Shown: positions 9,104 to 18,220, numbered from the stretch's first letter. The stretch: DNA of 64,000 nt from Acidimicrobiales bacterium (GCA_038255915.1 JBBSKY010000002.1:13371-77370), one strand, 5' to 3'. Translations and numbers: made by a program. Notes: generated from the letters alone by a model not told the origin.

Positions 9104-9180
9104 TCAGGCCCAGCACTTCCCGCTCTGCGGGCCGCTCAGGCCCAGCACTTCCCGCTCTGCGGGCCGCTCAGGCCCAGCCG
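9104..9180. repeat. 32-nt tandem repeat (2 full copies plus 1 partial) filling the oxygenase-MFS spacer
   Basis: The unit tcaggcccagcacttcccgctctgcgggccgc starts at 9104, 9136 and 9168. Each unit holds the mini-hairpin CCCGC-TCT-GCGGG. The third copy is the 3' end of the CDS 9168..9746. Confidence 0.9.
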
Positions 9181-9746
9181 CTCCCGGCGCCGCGCCGGTT
9201 GCGGCGCAGCACCACGACCCGGCGGCCCTCCGGGCCGGCCGGTCCCACCTCGTGCAGGGGGCGGGCCTCGACCCCCGCCCGGGGCCCCCGGAGCAGGGCG
9301 AGGTGGCCGGGGCCCGCGTGCCAGCGGGCCAGCTCGGTGGCCCCCTCCCGGTCGGCCACCACCCGCAGCCGGGCCGATCCGGCCAGGGTCACGACGGCCA
9401 CGAAGCCCTCGTAGAAGCTGTTGTCCCGGTGCGGGCTGATGCCCTCGCCGGGACCGTAGAGCGTGGTGGCCGCCTCGTCGGGCACCCAGTCGACACCCGC
9501 CTCCGCCGCCGCCCGCCCCAGCCGCTCGGCCAGGGCCACGAGCGCGGGCCGGCCCGCCACCGCGCTGACCGCGCCGGCGCCGGCCTGGCGGACCGGGCCG
9601 GTCTCGGGCTCCAGGGGCTCCAGGTCGAGGTCGGCCAGGTCGGTGGCGATCAGCTCTCGCTCAGCCGGGGTGACGAAGGCGTGCACGCAGGCCCAGCCGG
9701 CGCGCCCGCACTCGGCGAAGGCCCCGACCAGCGGGTCGACCGGCAC
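9168..9746 (-). CDS. 2OG-Fe(II) oxygenase superfamily (AlkB-like) protein, tentative
   Basis: HxD motif (ISPHRD), a later His (WHAGPGH) and Arg-rich C-terminal strands. The family assignment is tentative. Confidence 0.5.
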   Translation of the reverse strand: MPVDPLVGAFAECGRAGWACVHAFVTPAERELIATDLADLDLEPLEPETGPVRQAGAGAVSAVAGRPALVALAERLGRAAAEAGVDWVPDEAATTLYGPGEGISPHRDNSFYEGFVAVVTLAGSARLRVVADREGATELARWHAGPGHLALLRGPRAGVEARPLHEVGPAGPEGRRVVVLRRNRRGAGSGWA

Positions 9747-9755
9747 TGCCGAGTC

Positions 9756-10484
9756 TCAGGGGGTCGGCGCCGGCACCGGCACCGACCCGCTCTCGAACTT
9801 GTAGCCCAGGCCCCGGATGGTGGTGATGCGGCGGGGGGCGCTGGGGTCGTCCTCGATCTTGGCCCGGAGCCGCTTGACGTGGACATCGAGGGTCTTGGTG
9901 TCGCCGACGTAGTGGGGCCCCCACACCCGGTCGATCAGGGTGTCGCGGGTCAGCACCCTCCCGGCGTTCATGAGGAGCAGCTCGAGCAGCTCGAACTCCT
10001 TGAGGGGAAGGTTCACCATCTGGCCCCGGACGGACACCTCGTGGCGCTCGGGGTCGAGGCGCACGTCGCCCACCACCAGGGCGTCGCCGTGGGGCTCGGC
10101 GTCTGGGGAGAGCGGCGCCCGCCGCAGCACCGCCCGCATGCGGGCCACCAGCTCGCGCAGGCGGTACGGCTTGGTGACGTAGTCGTCGGCGCCGACCTCC
10201 AGGCCCACCACCGTGTCGATCTCGCCGCCCTTCGCCGTCACCATGATGATGGGCACCCGGCTGCGGGCCCGCAGCTCGCGGCACACGTCGAAGCCGTTGA
10301 CCTTGGGCAGCATGACGTCGAGGAGCACCAGGTCGGGGCGCACGGCATCGAAGACGGCCAGCGCCTCGGCCCCGTCGCGGGCCACCTTCACCAGGAAGCC
10401 CTCGCGCTTGAGGCCCACGACCAGGGCCTCGACGAAGGACTCCTCGTCTTCGACGATGAGCACGGTGGACTGGGGCTCAGCCAA
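9756..10484 (-). CDS. regX3: OmpR-family response regulator, RegX3/PhoP type
   Basis: VLIVEDEES, LLDVMLP, PIIMVTAK, VVGLEVGADDYVTKPY and RELVARMRAVLRR closely follow RegX3. Has a winged-helix C-terminus. Confidence 0.9.
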   Translation of the reverse strand: MAEPQSTVLIVEDEESFVEALVVGLKREGFLVKVARDGAEALAVFDAVRPDLVLLDVMLPKVNGFDVCRELRARSRVPIIMVTAKGGEIDTVVGLEVGADDYVTKPYRLRELVARMRAVLRRAPLSPDAEPHGDALVVGDVRLDPERHEVSVRGQMVNLPLKEFELLELLLMNAGRVLTRDTLIDRVWGPHYVGDTKTLDVHVKRLRAKIEDDPSAPRRITTIRGLGYKFESGSVPVPAPTP

Positions 10485-11745
10485 GGGAGACGCTCCCTGC
10501 GCAGTCGCTGCGGTCGGCGTCGAGGTGGAGCGACAGCGGGGCTGGCGCCTTGGTGGGGGGACCGGCGGGCAGGGTGAGCCTGAACGTCGAGCCCCTCCCC
10601 TCCTGGGAGGTGACGCTCACCTCCCCGCCGTGGTTGTGGGCGACGTGCCGCACGATGGACAGGCCGAGGCCGGTTCCACCGGTGTCGCGGGCCCGGGCCC
10701 GGTCGACCCGGTAGAACCGCTCGAAGACCCGCTCGAGGTCACGGGTCGGGATGCCGATCCCGTCATCCTCGACGGAGATGGTCAGGAGCGGCCCCGACGA
10801 GGCGGCGCTGACCCGCACGGCCGACCCTGCGTCGGAGTACTTCACGGCGTTCTCGAGGAGGTTGTCGAGGGCGTTGACCAGCTGGCGGCGGTCCCCCACC
10901 ACCGTGAGGGTGGGGTCGATCGTGACCACGTCGAGCTGGATGGCCTGGTGGTCGGCCATGGTGCGCACCCGCTCGACGGCGTGGTCGACGACCAAGTGGG
11001 CCGGCACCGGCTCGCGCACCGGCGACTCCTCGGCCTCGATCCGCGACAGGTCGAGCAGGTCGTCGATGATCTGGCCCAGGCGGAGCGCCTCGCGCTGCAT
11101 GCTGGCGGTGAGCCGTCGGAACTCGGCGATGTCAGACTCGTCCTCCAGGGCCTCGGACAGCAGGCTGAGGGCGCCGACGGGGGTCTTCAGCTCGTGGCCG
11201 ATGTTGGCCACGAAGTCACGCCGGACCGAGTCGAGCCGTCGCTTCTCGGTTACGTCCTCGACCATGGCCAGGGCGCCGACCACACCCTTTGCGCCCCGCA
11301 GCGGCCGGGCCGTCAGCGCCAGCATCCGCCGCGGCGGGCCCCACAGCTCGAGGGGCTCGCCCCCCTCCTGGCCGGCCAGGGCCCGGCCGAGGAGGTCGAC
11401 CAGCGTCCGCTCGACCAGGGCGTCGCCGTGCCGAGCACCGGCGTAGGCCTCGGCGTGGGCGTTGCGGAAGACGATCTCGCCGTCCTCGTCGGCCAGAACC
11501 ACGGCCTCGGTGACGTGGGAGAGGGCCACGGCGAAGCGGTTGACCCGGGCCTCGGCGGTGCGCTGGGCCACGGCGCACGCATCGACGGCCGCCTCGAGCC
11601 GGGCGAACGCATCCTCCAGCCCGTCCTCGCCGTTGGCCGCAAGGCCGTCGACCTTGGCCGCCAGCGCCTCGATCCGGGCGGCCAGGCGGCCCCTCAGCAT
11701 GGCCACGACGAGCGGATGCCGGTCACCAGCTTGGCACCGGGCCAC
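10477..11745 (-). CDS. senX3: Sensor histidine kinase, SenX3/PhoR type; no transmembrane segment seen
   Basis: H-box FVANIGHELKTP, N box NLLENAVKY, and G boxes DDGIGI and GTGLGLSIV. A PAS-like region lies upstream. The start is uncertain (11745 or ATG 11700). Confidence 0.85.
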   Translation of the reverse strand: MARCQAGDRHPLVVAMLRGRLAARIEALAAKVDGLAANGEDGLEDAFARLEAAVDACAVAQRTAEARVNRFAVALSHVTEAVVLADEDGEIVFRNAHAEAYAGARHGDALVERTLVDLLGRALAGQEGGEPLELWGPPRRMLALTARPLRGAKGVVGALAMVEDVTEKRRLDSVRRDFVANIGHELKTPVGALSLLSEALEDESDIAEFRRLTASMQREALRLGQIIDDLLDLSRIEAEESPVREPVPAHLVVDHAVERVRTMADHQAIQLDVVTIDPTLTVVGDRRQLVNALDNLLENAVKYSDAGSAVRVSAASSGPLLTISVEDDGIGIPTRDLERVFERFYRVDRARARDTGGTGLGLSIVRHVAHNHGGEVSVTSQEGRGSTFRLTLPAGPPTKAPAPLSLHLDADRSDCAGSVSLG

Positions 11746-12571
11746 AGGTCAGGGCCGCCAGCGCCTCGACGACCTCGGCGCCGGCGCTGGGCGTGTCGCC
11801 GATGCCCGTGAGCACGCTGACCGTGGCGAAGCCGAGGGGCAGCAGGGCGTTGTCGGTGCCGGGGCTCGGGTCGACCGCCGGGGGCCCGAGCTCGAGGCGG
11901 ACCGTGCCGTCGAGGCCGACGTCGACCCGCTGGCGACGGATGCCGGAGGCCGCCGACCGGCCCAGCCGGGCCGTGCGCACCCCCGCCACCTCGTCCAGGA
12001 CGCAGTTGGGGACGTTCAGGTTGAGCATGACGGGGACGGTGCCTTCCGGCGGCGGGTCGAGCCCGGCCAGCCAGCCGACAGCGACGACGGCCAGCGCCAC
12101 CGCCGTGGCCCACCGCTCCTGGCGTCCGGGCACCAGCCCGACCTCGCCCACCTGGGCCGTGGCCGCGTCGATGCTGACGGCCACCCCGGGCAGGCCCGAG
12201 TTGCCCCCGGTGAGGACGGCGCCCACGGTGCCAGAGTGGATCACCCCCTGGCCGGTGTTCCAGCCCGGGTTGACGCCGCTCACCACGGCGTCGAAGCCGG
12301 CGCCGAAGGCGTCGAGGCGCAGGGCCAGCAGCACGCACAGGGCGGGGGCGCCGTCGACGGCCCAGGCCGCGCCCTCCCAGCCGGGCCGTTCGACGGGTGC
12401 GGCCGCCACGCCCTGGCCGGGGATGATGTGGCCGATGGCCGCGCCCGAGCCGCTGCGCTCGCCGTCGGGGGCGACCACCACCACGTCGTGGCCCGCGTCG
12501 CGCAGGCCGTCCGCCAGGGCCCACAGCCCCGGCGAGGCGACCCCGTCGTCGTTGGTGACGAGGAGCTTCAT
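11723..12571 (-). CDS. surE: 5'/3'-nucleotidase SurE
   Basis: MKLLVTNDDG and SGSG motifs, then GTVGAV. The start shares one base with the pstA stop (TGATG). Confidence 0.9.
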   Translation of the reverse strand: MKLLVTNDDGVASPGLWALADGLRDAGHDVVVVAPDGERSGSGAAIGHIIPGQGVAAAPVERPGWEGAAWAVDGAPALCVLLALRLDAFGAGFDAVVSGVNPGWNTGQGVIHSGTVGAVLTGGNSGLPGVAVSIDAATAQVGEVGLVPGRQERWATAVALAVVAVGWLAGLDPPPEGTVPVMLNLNVPNCVLDEVAGVRTARLGRSAASGIRRQRVDVGLDGTVRLELGPPAVDPSPGTDNALLPLGFATVSVLTGIGDTPSAGAEVVEALAALTCGPVPSW

Positions 12572-13470
12572 CAGCGCACGGTGAACCGGGCGGCGATGAT
12601 GCGGGCGACGGTGGAGAGCGCGAGCACGAGAACGATGAGGGTAAGGGCAGCACCCCAGGCCCGGTCGATCGCTGCGGGGAAGCCGGTCCGGGCGTTGGAG
12701 AAGATCTGGGCCGACAGGGCGGTGTTCGGGTCCGACAGCGTCCAGTTGAACTGCCGCGAGGCGCCGATGGTGAACAAGAGCGGTGCCGTCTCACCGGCGG
12801 CCCGGGCCACGGCCAGCAGCGCCCCGGACGTGATCCCGGGCAGCGCCGCCGGCAGGACCACGGTGACGACCGTCCGGCTCTTCGAGGTGCCGAGGGCGTA
12901 GGCCGCGTCGCGCAGCTCGTTCGGGACCAGCTGGAGCATCCCCTCGGTGGACCGGATGACGATGGGCAGCATCAAGCTGGCCAGGGCCAGCCCGCCGGCC
13001 AACCCGGACAGCCCGTTCTCGGCCCGTGGGATGACGAAGATGGAGAAGATGAACAGGCCCATGACGATGGACGGAACGCCGGCCATCACGTTGGAGAGGA
13101 ACCGGACGAAGACGGCCAGCGGGTTCGACCCGCCGTACTCGTGCAGGTACACCGCGGCCAGGATGCCGAGGGGCACGGCGAGCAGCGTGGCGAAGCCGGT
13201 GATGACCAGGGTGCCGGCGATGGCCGGGCCGATCCCGCCGGTGGCCCGGCGCACCTGGGCCGGCAGCTCGCCGGTGAGGAAGCCGAGGTTGATCACGCCG
13301 AGGCCCTCGGAGACCACGTAGTACAGGACGAATGTCAGCGGGATGAGGGCGAAGGCGAGGCCCACGTAGATGAGGGTCGTGGCCAAGCCGTTGCGGACAC
13401 GCCGCCCGGTAGAGATGGATGAGCGGGTGATCGACGGTCTCCCGGGCGGCACCGACGTGGCTGCGGCCAC
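12571..13470 (-). CDS. pstA: Phosphate ABC transporter permease PstA
   Basis: Six TM helices. EAA-type loop (LRDAAYALGTSKSRTV). Position after pstC. Confidence 0.9.
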   Translation of the reverse strand: MAAATSVPPGRPSITRSSISTGRRVRNGLATTLIYVGLAFALIPLTFVLYYVVSEGLGVINLGFLTGELPAQVRRATGGIGPAIAGTLVITGFATLLAVPLGILAAVYLHEYGGSNPLAVFVRFLSNVMAGVPSIVMGLFIFSIFVIPRAENGLSGLAGGLALASLMLPIVIRSTEGMLQLVPNELRDAAYALGTSKSRTVVTVVLPAALPGITSGALLAVARAAGETAPLLFTIGASRQFNWTLSDPNTALSAQIFSNARTGFPAAIDRAWGAALTLIVLVLALSTVARIIAARFTVR

Positions 13471-13471
13471 C

Positions 13472-14443
13472 TCAGCCCGCCTTCCTCGCGCCTCGCGACA
13501 CGATGGCCGTGGCCGCCAGGTTGACGACGACCGTCATGGCGAAGAGCACGACACCGAGCCCGATGAGAGCCGAGCGCCAGGTCCCGGTGGCCTCGCCGAA
13601 CTCGTTAGCGATCCGAGAAGCCAGGGCATCGCCCGAGGCGAACAGCTGGGCGGAGATCTGGGTGCCGCTGCCGATCACCAGCGCAGCCGCGATGGTCTCG
13701 CCCATGGCCCGACCCAGGCCGAGCAGCACGGCGCCGATGACCCCGGCGCGTGAGTGGGGCAACACCGCGCCTCGGATCATCTCCCAGCGGGTGGCTCCGA
13801 GCGCCAGCGCCGCCTCCTTCTGGCCCCGGGGCGTGGTGTCGAACACCTCACGGGTGATCGAGGTGATGATCGGCGTGATCATCAGGGCCAGGATGAAGCC
13901 GGCGCTGAGGAAGGACTTGCCGTTGTAGGGGGCGTCGAAGGCGCGGCCGAGACCTGGGATCACCGACAGCGGCGAGCCGATGGTCTCATAGAAGCCCGGC
14001 GCCGCGACGGCGAGCACGCTGACGCCCCACAGGCCGAACACCACCGAGGGCACAGCAGCCAGCAGGTCCATCACGAAGGTGACGACCTTGCGGACGGCCT
14101 GGGGCGCCAGCTCGGTGATGAACAGGGCGATGCCGATCGATGCCGGCACCGCGAACACCAGGGCGATGAGCGAGACGAAGAAGGTGCCGTAGATGAAGGC
14201 GAGGGTCCCGAAGGCGTCCTCGTTCGGCGCCCACCGGCTGTCCGTGAGGAAGCCGAGCCCCTCCTCCCGGAACGCCGGCAGCGCTTCTTTCGTGGTGGAC
14301 CACGTGATCAGGGCCAAGATGGCGAGGACGAGCAGTCCGGCGGCTAGCGACAGGTAGCGGAAGCCGTCGTCCGCCAGCCGGGGGCCGCGGCGGACCAGCC
14401 GGCTCTTCCCGGTGGTCGGTGCGGAAGCGGTGGGTGCTGACAT
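13472..14443 (-). CDS. pstC: Phosphate ABC transporter permease PstC
   Basis: Internal ATG 14443 chosen (MSAPTASAP...). EAA loop (QKEAALALGATRWE). Multi-TM. Confidence 0.9.
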   Translation of the reverse strand: MSAPTASAPTTGKSRLVRRGPRLADDGFRYLSLAAGLLVLAILALITWSTTKEALPAFREEGLGFLTDSRWAPNEDAFGTLAFIYGTFFVSLIALVFAVPASIGIALFITELAPQAVRKVVTFVMDLLAAVPSVVFGLWGVSVLAVAAPGFYETIGSPLSVIPGLGRAFDAPYNGKSFLSAGFILALMITPIITSITREVFDTTPRGQKEAALALGATRWEMIRGAVLPHSRAGVIGAVLLGLGRAMGETIAAALVIGSGTQISAQLFASGDALASRIANEFGEATGTWRSALIGLGVVLFAMTVVVNLAATAIVSRGARKAG

Positions 14444-14459
14444 CGACTCGTGGCCGGGC

Positions 14460-15536
14460 TCAGGCCGGCACGGTGATGGCAGCGATCGCCGTCTTCGCCT
14501 TGTCCGTGAACGAGGTGGGCAGCGGTGCATAGTCGTTGTCCTTGGCCAGCTTCTGCCCGTCGCCCACCAGGTAGGTCATCCAGGCCTTCACAGCCTCACC
14601 CTTGGCCTTGTCGGGCTGGCTCTTGTAGACCAGCATCCAGGTGGGGGCGGCGATGGGATAGGCCTCGGGGTTCGCCGAGTCGAGCGGGTCGTAGGTGAAG
14701 TCAGCCTTCAGCTCGACCCCTTCGAGCGCGGCGGTGGTGCCCTCGAGCGTCGGCTCGGTCGCCTTGCCGCTCTTGTTCTTGACCTTGGCGTACTTCAGCT
14801 GCTGGGTGTTGGCGTCGGCCAGATCGACGTACCCGATGGCCCCGCCCTGGGTCTTGACGATCTGGGCAACGCCGGCGTTGCCGTTGCCGGCCTGGGTGTC
14901 GCCCGGCCACTCGACGGTGGAGCCAGACTTCAGCCTCCAGCTGGGTGCGGCCTTGACCAGGTACTTTGTGAAGTTCTCGGTGGTGCCCGAGCCGTCCGAG
15001 CGGTGGGCCACGACGATGGGGGTGGACGGGAGGGTGGCGCTGTTGTTCAGCGCCTTGATGGCCGGGTCGTCCCAGGTCTTGATGTCGCGCTGGAAGATCT
15101 TCGCCGTCGTCTCGGCGTCGAGCGTCAAGTCGTCGACCCCCGAGAGATTGTAGGAGACCGTGATGGGGGCGGCCACCGTGGGGACGTAGAGGAACTCGCC
15201 CTTGAACTTGGCCTTGTCCTCGTCCTTCACCAGCCCATCGGTGCCGGCGAAGTCGACCAGGCCTCCCTGCAGGTCGGTGCGCCCCTTGCCGGAGCCGCCG
15301 CCGCCGTAGTTCACCGTGACGCTGGACTGCTTCTTCGAGAACCCGTCGATGGCGGCGTTGTAGAACGCGGCCGGGAACGTCGCCCCCGAGCCGTTGAGCG
15401 TGGTGGCGGCCAGGTCGCCGCCTCCACCTGTTGTCGCGCCGGTGGTCACATCGTCGTCGCTGCTGCCGCAGGCGGCGAGCACCACCCCGAGGGAGATGCC
15501 GGCGGCCAGAAGTCGGATCGATCGGGAACGGGACAT
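14460..15536 (-). CDS. pstS: Phosphate-binding lipoprotein PstS (copy 1)
   Basis: ATG 15536 is preceded by GGAGG. Lipobox LAACGS. PstS motifs LNGSGATF, NYGGGGSGKG and HRSDGSGTT. Confidence 0.9.
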   Translation of the reverse strand: MSRSRSIRLLAAGISLGVVLAACGSSDDDVTTGATTGGGGDLAATTLNGSGATFPAAFYNAAIDGFSKKQSSVTVNYGGGGSGKGRTDLQGGLVDFAGTDGLVKDEDKAKFKGEFLYVPTVAAPITVSYNLSGVDDLTLDAETTAKIFQRDIKTWDDPAIKALNNSATLPSTPIVVAHRSDGSGTTENFTKYLVKAAPSWRLKSGSTVEWPGDTQAGNGNAGVAQIVKTQGGAIGYVDLADANTQQLKYAKVKNKSGKATEPTLEGTTAALEGVELKADFTYDPLDSANPEAYPIAAPTWMLVYKSQPDKAKGEAVKAWMTYLVGDGQKLAKDNDYAPLPTSFTDKAKTAIAAITVPA

Positions 15537-15604
15537 GGGTGAACAGCCTCCTACATGGTGGGTCATTGGTGAACGTACGGGGGGCGGGTGGCGGGGAACT
15601 GCCG

Positions 15605-15637
15605 CCACGGTGAACACCAGGTGAACGAGAGACGAAC
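15605..15637 (-). promoter_or_regulatory. Candidate PHO-box array (three 11-nt direct repeat units) in the divergent pstS/pstB region
   Basis: The minus strand reads GTTCGTCTCTC GTTCACCTGGT GTTCACCGTGG with exact 11-nt phasing. A GTTCAC core is typical of actinobacterial PhoP/RegX3 sites. Confidence 0.55.
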
Positions 15638-15684
15638 ATCCGGTCCCGTGGGCGCCAGGCTGCCGCTTTGGGTGTCGCCATGGT

Positions 15685-16590
15685 TTGCCGGGAGGCCGAC
15701 GGCCCGCGATGCTGGGCCTCGTGGCTCCCCCCGACGATAGCACCGCCGTCACCGCTCGCCCCGAGGTCCGCACCAAGCCGGTCACCGCCGGCGACGAGGG
15801 GAAGGGCGACGCAGCCGAGGTGTTCAAGGCCAGCAACCTCGACTTCTTTTACGGCAGCTTCCGGGCCCTGTCCGACGTCAACCTGACCGTGCGGGAGCGG
15901 GAGATCACCGCCCTCATCGGCCCGTCGGGCTGCGGGAAGAGCACGTTCCTGCGCTGCCTCAACCGGATGAACGACCTGATCCCCGGGACCAAGGTCGAGG
16001 GCTCGCTGACCTACCACGGCGAGGACCTCTACGGCCCGGGCGTCGACGCCATCGAGGTGCGGCGGCGGGTCGGCATGGTGTTCCAGAAGCCCAACCCGTT
16101 CCCGAAGTCCATCTACGACAACGTCGCCTTCGGGGCCAAGGTCAACGGCTACAAGGGCAACATGGACGACCTCGTCGAGGAGAGCCTGCGCAGCGCCGCC
16201 CTGTGGGACGAGGTGGCCAAGAAGCTGAAGCAGAGCGCCAACGGCCTGTCTGGCGGCCAGCAGCAGCGGCTGTGCATCGCCCGCACCATCGCGGTCAAGC
16301 CCGAGGTGATCCTGATGGACGAGCCCTGCTCGGCTCTCGACCCCATCGCCACCCTCCGCATCGAGGAGCTGATGGGCGAGCTGAAGAAGGACTTCACGAT
16401 CGTGATCGTGACCCACAACATGCAGCAGGCGGCCAGGGTCTCCGACGTCACCGCCTTCTTCACGGCCAAGGCCGACGAGACCACCGGCCAGCGCACCGGC
16501 CTCCTCGTCGAGGTCGCCCCCACCGAGAAGCTGTTCACCACGCCCAACGACCAGCGCACCGAGGACTACATCGCCGGCCGCTTCGGCTAG
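15685..16590 (+). CDS. pstB: Phosphate ABC transporter ATPase PstB
   Basis: Walker [10 protein letters not shown], signature LSGGQQQR, Walker B ILMDEP, plus the PstB-specific LNRMNDL. The start is uncertain (15685 or ATG 15709). Confidence 0.9.
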   Translation: MPGGRRPAMLGLVAPPDDSTAVTARPEVRTKPVTAGDEGKGDAAEVFKASNLDFFYGSFRALSDVNLTVREREITALIGPSGCGKSTFLRCLNRMNDLIPGTKVEGSLTYHGEDLYGPGVDAIEVRRRVGMVFQKPNPFPKSIYDNVAFGAKVNGYKGNMDDLVEESLRSAALWDEVAKKLKQSANGLSGGQQQRLCIARTIAVKPEVILMDEPCSALDPIATLRIEELMGELKKDFTIVIVTHNMQQAARVSDVTAFFTAKADETTGQRTGLLVEVAPTEKLFTTPNDQRTEDYIAGRFG

Positions 16591-16657
16591 CCACGGGCGC
16601 GTCGCTTCCACTACAGGCGGAAGCCGTCATCGGCCCTGGCCTAGAGTCTGGGGCAGA

Positions 16658-17743
16658 TCAGGTCGGCACGACGAGGGTGGCGATCGCCGCCTTGGCCTTC
16701 TCGATGAACGCCGGCGGCAGCGCTGCGTAATCGTTGTCCTCGGCCACCTCCTGGGCGTCGCCCACCATGTAGGCAAGGAACGCCTTCAGTGCCTCGCCCT
16801 TGGCCTTGTCCGTCTGGGCCTTGTAGGCCAGGATCCAGGTCGGTGCCGCTATCGGGTAGGCGTCGAGGTTCGCCGAGTCGAGCGGGTCGTAGGTCAGGTC
16901 GGCCGTCAGCTCCACGCCGTCGAGGGCCTTGGTGGTGGCCTCCAGCGTCGGCTCCACTGCCTTGCCGCTCTTGTTCTTCAGATTGGCCACGGTCAGCCGC
17001 TGGGTGTTCGCCTCGGCCAGGCCGACGTAGCCGATGGCCCCGTCCTGGGTCTTCACGATCCGGGCCACGCCGGCGTTGCCGTTCCCGGCCTGGGTGTCGG
17101 CTGGCCACGCGACGGTCGAGCCGCTCTTCAGCTTCCAGCTGGGGGCCGCCTTCACCAGGTACTTGGTGAAGTTCTCGGTGGTGCCCGAGCCGTCGGAGCG
17201 GTGGGCCACCACGATGGGGGTGGACGGCAGCTTGGCCTCGGGGTTCAGCGCCTTGATGGCCGGGTCGTCCCAGGTCTTGATGTCACGCTGGAAGATCTTT
17301 GCCGTGGTCTCAGCGTCGAGGGTCAGCTCGGTGACGCCCGACAAGTTGTACGACACCGTGATGGGAGCGGCGACAGTGGGGATGTAGAGGAACTCGCCCT
17401 TGAACTTGGCCTTGTCCTCGTCCTTGACCAGGCCGTCCGAGCCGGCGAAGTCGACCAGCCCGCCCTGGAGGTCGGTCAGGCCCTTGCTCGAGCCGCCGCC
17501 GCCGTAGTTCACCGTGATGGGGGTCTGCGCCTCCTTGAAGCCGTCGATCGACGCGTCGATGAACGCCTTCGCGAACGTCGAGCCCGACCCGTTCAGCGTG
17601 GCGGCGGGAAGCACCGGCGCCTTGGCCCCGCCGCCGTCGGTTGTGACGGGGCTGGCGCTGTCGTCGCTGCTCCGGCAGGCGGTGAGACCGACCACGAGCG
17701 AGAGGCCTGCGGCGAGGAGCCGGGCGGACCTGGGGTAGGACAT
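16658..17743 (-). CDS. pstS: Phosphate-binding lipoprotein PstS (copy 2, close paralogue of copy 1)
   Basis: ATG 17743 is preceded by AGGAGG. Lipobox LTACRS. Long identical peptide runs shared with copy 1 (DEDKAKFKGEFLY, TAKIFQRDIKTWDDPAIKALN, VVAHRSDGSGTTENFTKYLVKAAPSW). Confidence 0.9.
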   Translation of the reverse strand: MSYPRSARLLAAGLSLVVGLTACRSSDDSASPVTTDGGGAKAPVLPAATLNGSGSTFAKAFIDASIDGFKEAQTPITVNYGGGGSSKGLTDLQGGLVDFAGSDGLVKDEDKAKFKGEFLYIPTVAAPITVSYNLSGVTELTLDAETTAKIFQRDIKTWDDPAIKALNPEAKLPSTPIVVAHRSDGSGTTENFTKYLVKAAPSWKLKSGSTVAWPADTQAGNGNAGVARIVKTQDGAIGYVGLAEANTQRLTVANLKNKSGKAVEPTLEATTKALDGVELTADLTYDPLDSANLDAYPIAAPTWILAYKAQTDKAKGEALKAFLAYMVGDAQEVAEDNDYAALPPAFIEKAKAAIATLVVPT

Positions 17744-17962
17744 GAAGTGCCTCCTGAGCTTGGCCACGGTGTTCCAGCCTGAACGTACGGGTTTCGCGTG
17801 GCAACGAGTTGCCCTCAAGTGAACTAGGGGTGCGCGCAGGCCGAAGAATCGGCGCCGCGGCGACTCAGGGCGGTTGCCCGGACACCGAGGACTGCATCGC
17901 CGGCCGCTTCGGCTGACGCGGAACGCGTCGCCTCGCGTCGCACCGAGATAGGGTGGGCCGCC

Positions 17963-18220
17963 ATGACAAGGGCCATCACCGTCCGCCTCGACGACGCCGA
18001 CCATGCCGCTCTCGAGGAGCAGGCCGAGCAGCTTCGGGTACGCCCCGGGACGCTGGCGCGTATCCTGGTGCACGCCGGTCTGAGCCGTGGCGACCTCACC
18101 CGCAGCGGCGAAGCTCGCGCCGCGCTCGACCGATTGGTGCAGCGGTCCCACCAGCAGGCGGCAGGCGACGCCGTGACCTCGGTGGCCGAGGCACGGGTCG
18201 CCCTCGGCCCAGACCGATGA
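17963..18220 (+). CDS. Ribbon-helix-helix antitoxin (VapB-like)
   Basis: The RHH-type N-terminus ITVRLDDADHAALEEQA. The stop overlaps the start of the PIN gene (ATGA). Confidence 0.7.
   Translation: MTRAITVRLDDADHAALEEQAEQLRVRPGTLARILVHAGLSRGDLTRSGEARAALDRLVQRSHQQAAGDAVTSVAEARVALGPDR

Noticed and set aside
9104-9180. Possible CRISPR array (also considered for 49005..49086)
   Set aside because: The units are head-to-tail with no spacers and only 2-3 copies. One array lies inside a CDS, and there are no cas genes.
8313-10577. 754-aa plus-strand ORF
   Set aside because: It is antisense to the MFS, oxygenase-like and regX3 genes. It has low-complexity Gly/Arg/His composition and no recognisable domain.
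14701-16611. 636-aa minus-strand ORF spanning pstS and pstB
   Set aside because: It is out of frame with pstS and antisense to pstB, both of which have unambiguous motifs.
16591-16657. Hairpin GCTTCC-N9-GGAAGC between pstB and pstS2 as a terminator
   Set aside because: The stem is only 6 bp with a 9-nt loop. That is too weak to call.
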